A DNA stretch of 32,000 bases from Kangiellaceae bacterium. Lineage in GTDB: Bacteria > Pseudomonadota > Gammaproteobacteria > Enterobacterales > Kangiellaceae. Below the pieces are notes generated by a model. It ran no database searches, had not been told where the DNA came from, and saw only the letters and a program-made list of their open reading frames with translations. Location: positions 1 to 32,000 of the forward strand of contig JADGFG010000017.1 of the NCBI GenBank assembly GCA_016743995.1, read 5' to 3'. The position numbers and the translations under genes are program-made. This document shows, piece after piece, positions 30,694 to 32,000 of the stretch. Each line of letters opens with the position of its first letter. Position 1 is the first letter of the stretch.

Positions 30694-31022
30694 ATTGAGT
30701 CCTTTTTCATTACCAGATTAATTATCTCTTTAGCGGCCCTCTCTTTTATCGCGAGTTTATCATTCCTGTCAAGCCCATATTGCTGGGCCAGAATAATATA
30801 ATCGTCGGCAGATAGCGAAATCGTTAACCTGGGTCTGATTGGTTTTTTACTCGGCAACCCCAGAATCTGGCGCATTTGATCAGAAGGCGACAAATCATTA
30901 TTAATCGCCAACAGTTTTAATTGTTTTTGAGCCTCAGTAGAAATATCAAAAGCAACCTGAGTTGCCTTGATAGCTTTTTTTTCTTCACTCCACAACTCTG
31001 GCTTTTTTTTGTCTGTGCCCAT
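30690..31022 (-). CDS. Small soluble protein of unknown function; possible tandem ribbon-helix-helix (RHH) DNA-binding protein
   Basis: 110-aa ORF. Its start overlaps the yjfJ-like stop by 1 nt (TAATG) and its stop overlaps the rhomboid start. Two segments show a strand-helix-helix pattern: TQVAFDISTEAQKQLKLLAINNDLSPSDQMRQILGL and PRLTISLSADDYIILAQQYGLDRNDKLAIKERAAKEII. The fold assignment is inference only. Confidence 0.6.
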   Translation of the reverse strand: MGTDKKKPELWSEEKKAIKATQVAFDISTEAQKQLKLLAINNDLSPSDQMRQILGLPSKKPIRPRLTISLSADDYIILAQQYGLDRNDKLAIKERAAKEIINLVMKKDSI

Positions 31023-31717
31023 TATTGATAAGTGCTATTTTTTAATCGCTGCAATACATCTGCAGCAGTATGCTTTTCTTTAATAATTCCAGCTGTTTTC
31101 AGCTTTTCGTCAAGCGAATCGTCTTGCATTTCTTTTTGCAACTGAACGCCCGCATCAAACTTGTCCTGCTCTTTTTGTTGCTTTTGCTTTATCCGTTCTA
31201 ATGACTCTCTTGCGGTACCAATAGATGACTGATTCATTGTTACCGATTGCGTCACTGACTGCGTAGCTTGCTGAACCGATTCTCTGGTTTTCACCATAAG
31301 TAGCTCTCTCTCATGCTCGGCAATGGTCTTGTCTGCACGTTTTATTTCACCTTTCAACAAAGTAATCTGTTGTTCATAAGTGAGCGCTTCCTGCTTCAGC
31401 TCATTATTTTCTATCTCCAGTTTAGCCACCTTATCAGCAATTTCCAGCGCCAGCGCCTCATCTTTCTTCTCCAGTGCTTTTAGCGCATAAGATTCGTTCT
31501 CACTGATATCTTCTTTCAGCTGGTTAAGCTTTCTGTCTACCGCCATTTTTCTGGCAACTATTTCAGTTAACCCTTCTTTTGCTTCAGCAACACCATTTTT
31601 TGAATCTCTGATTTCCTGCTCAAAAATGCGCATTGACTGGGTATCAACTACCGCTTCACCCAGCTCTCTGGCACCACCACGAATCGCGGTTAATAATTTT
31701 TCAACAATGTTAGTCAT
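31022..31717 (-). CDS. yjfJ: PspA/IM30-family protein of the YjfJ subgroup
   Basis: 231 aa, all-helical coiled coil. It is collinear with remembered E. coli YjfJ: MRIFEQEIRDSK vs MLEQHIRDAK; ARESLERIKQKQQKEQDKFDAGVQLQK...LDEKLKTAGI...AADVLQRL vs AAESLKRLQTRQAERQARLDAAAQLEK...LDEKLAEAGI...AQDVLARL. GAGGA lies 8 nt upstream of the ATG. Confidence 0.88.
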   Translation of the reverse strand: MTNIVEKLLTAIRGGARELGEAVVDTQSMRIFEQEIRDSKNGVAEAKEGLTEIVARKMAVDRKLNQLKEDISENESYALKALEKKDEALALEIADKVAKLEIENNELKQEALTYEQQITLLKGEIKRADKTIAEHERELLMVKTRESVQQATQSVTQSVTMNQSSIGTARESLERIKQKQQKEQDKFDAGVQLQKEMQDDSLDEKLKTAGIIKEKHTAADVLQRLKNSTYQ

Positions 31718-31728
31718 AATATAATCCT

Positions 31729-32000
31729 CTATTTAATAAATTCTTCAAGCGCCTGTAAAGTTTCAATTGAGTTGGTTGCCAACGCAATTAACTCCTGAGT
31801 AATGCTTTCAAATTTTGAACCACAACTTAATGCGCCAAAAATAACATAATGCTCATCAACCAGTGCAAAAGAGCTAAGTGGCATCGGCACATTAAGCTCT
31901 AGCAGGTACCGATTAAGTTCTGCTTCTTTTTCAGTCACTATTTCCTGTTGAGTGAAAAGATAAGAAATACATAAAATCTGCGTTGAAGTGACAGTCACAA
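31729..32000 (-). CDS. yjfI: YjfI-like DUF2170 protein (CesT/Tir-chaperone-like fold proposed for this family); N-terminus lies beyond the window edge
   Basis: The C-terminal 89 aa are visible: NRYLLELNVPMPLSSFALVDEHYVIFGALSCGSKFESITQELIALATNSIETLQALEEF. This aligns with remembered E. coli YjfI: NTFLLRNQKIMPLSSVGISSV..EEYYIVFGALSLKSSLEDILLEITSLVDNALDLAEITEEY. It ends 11 nt upstream of yjfJ. The GTG at 31998 in the track is probably internal. Confidence 0.75.
   Translation of the reverse strand, partial: VTVTSTQILCISYLFTQQEIVTEKEAELNRYLLELNVPMPLSSFALVDEHYVIFGALSCGSKFESITQELIALATNSIETLQALEEFIK

Overview
The window looks like ordinary chromosomal DNA from a Gram-negative, probably marine gammaproteobacterium. 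That taxonomic guess is inference from gene content (TonB-dependent receptor, YgjK/YjfIJ/YqiJK homologues, AT-rich intergenic DNA). I saw no rRNA, tRNA, CRISPR array, transposase or integrase. The window splits into two functional blocks. Block A (about 1-19.1 kb) starts with a cytochrome b561-family gene cut by the left edge and an M17 aminopeptidase. It continues with a compact galactoside-utilisation locus. The minus-strand genes of that locus are: SSF Na+/sugar symporter, SMP-30 lactonase, GntR/FadR regulator, SDR dehydrogenase, DgoK, DgoA and an IlvD/Edd-type sugar-acid dehydratase. Together these give a complete De Ley-Doudoroff-type route. A signal-peptide-bearing GH2 beta-galactosidase is divergently transcribed from this run, followed by a TonB-dependent receptor and a YgjK-like GH63 lipoprotein. 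Block B (about 19.1-32 kb) is the part worth a second look. It is a roughly 12-kb run of co-directional minus-strand genes, several of them overlapping by 1-4 nt. The order is: YjfI-like (DUF2170, cut by the right edge), YjfJ-type PspA/IM30, a 110-aa protein that looks like a tandem ribbon-helix-helix, a rhomboid protease, a YqiJ/NfeD-like protein, a 681-aa flotillin (YqiK-like), a 1775-aa protein with a single MoxR/dynein-like AAA+ module, a 92-aa PHA_gran_rgn-like protein, a 149-aa membrane protein and a periplasmic HtrA-type protease with one PDZ domain. I interpret this as a candidate integrated membrane-remodelling / membrane-proteostasis system. Its central giant ATPase is, as far as I know, experimentally uncharacterised. 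All functional calls come from motifs I could read in the translations and from remembered family features; no database search was run.
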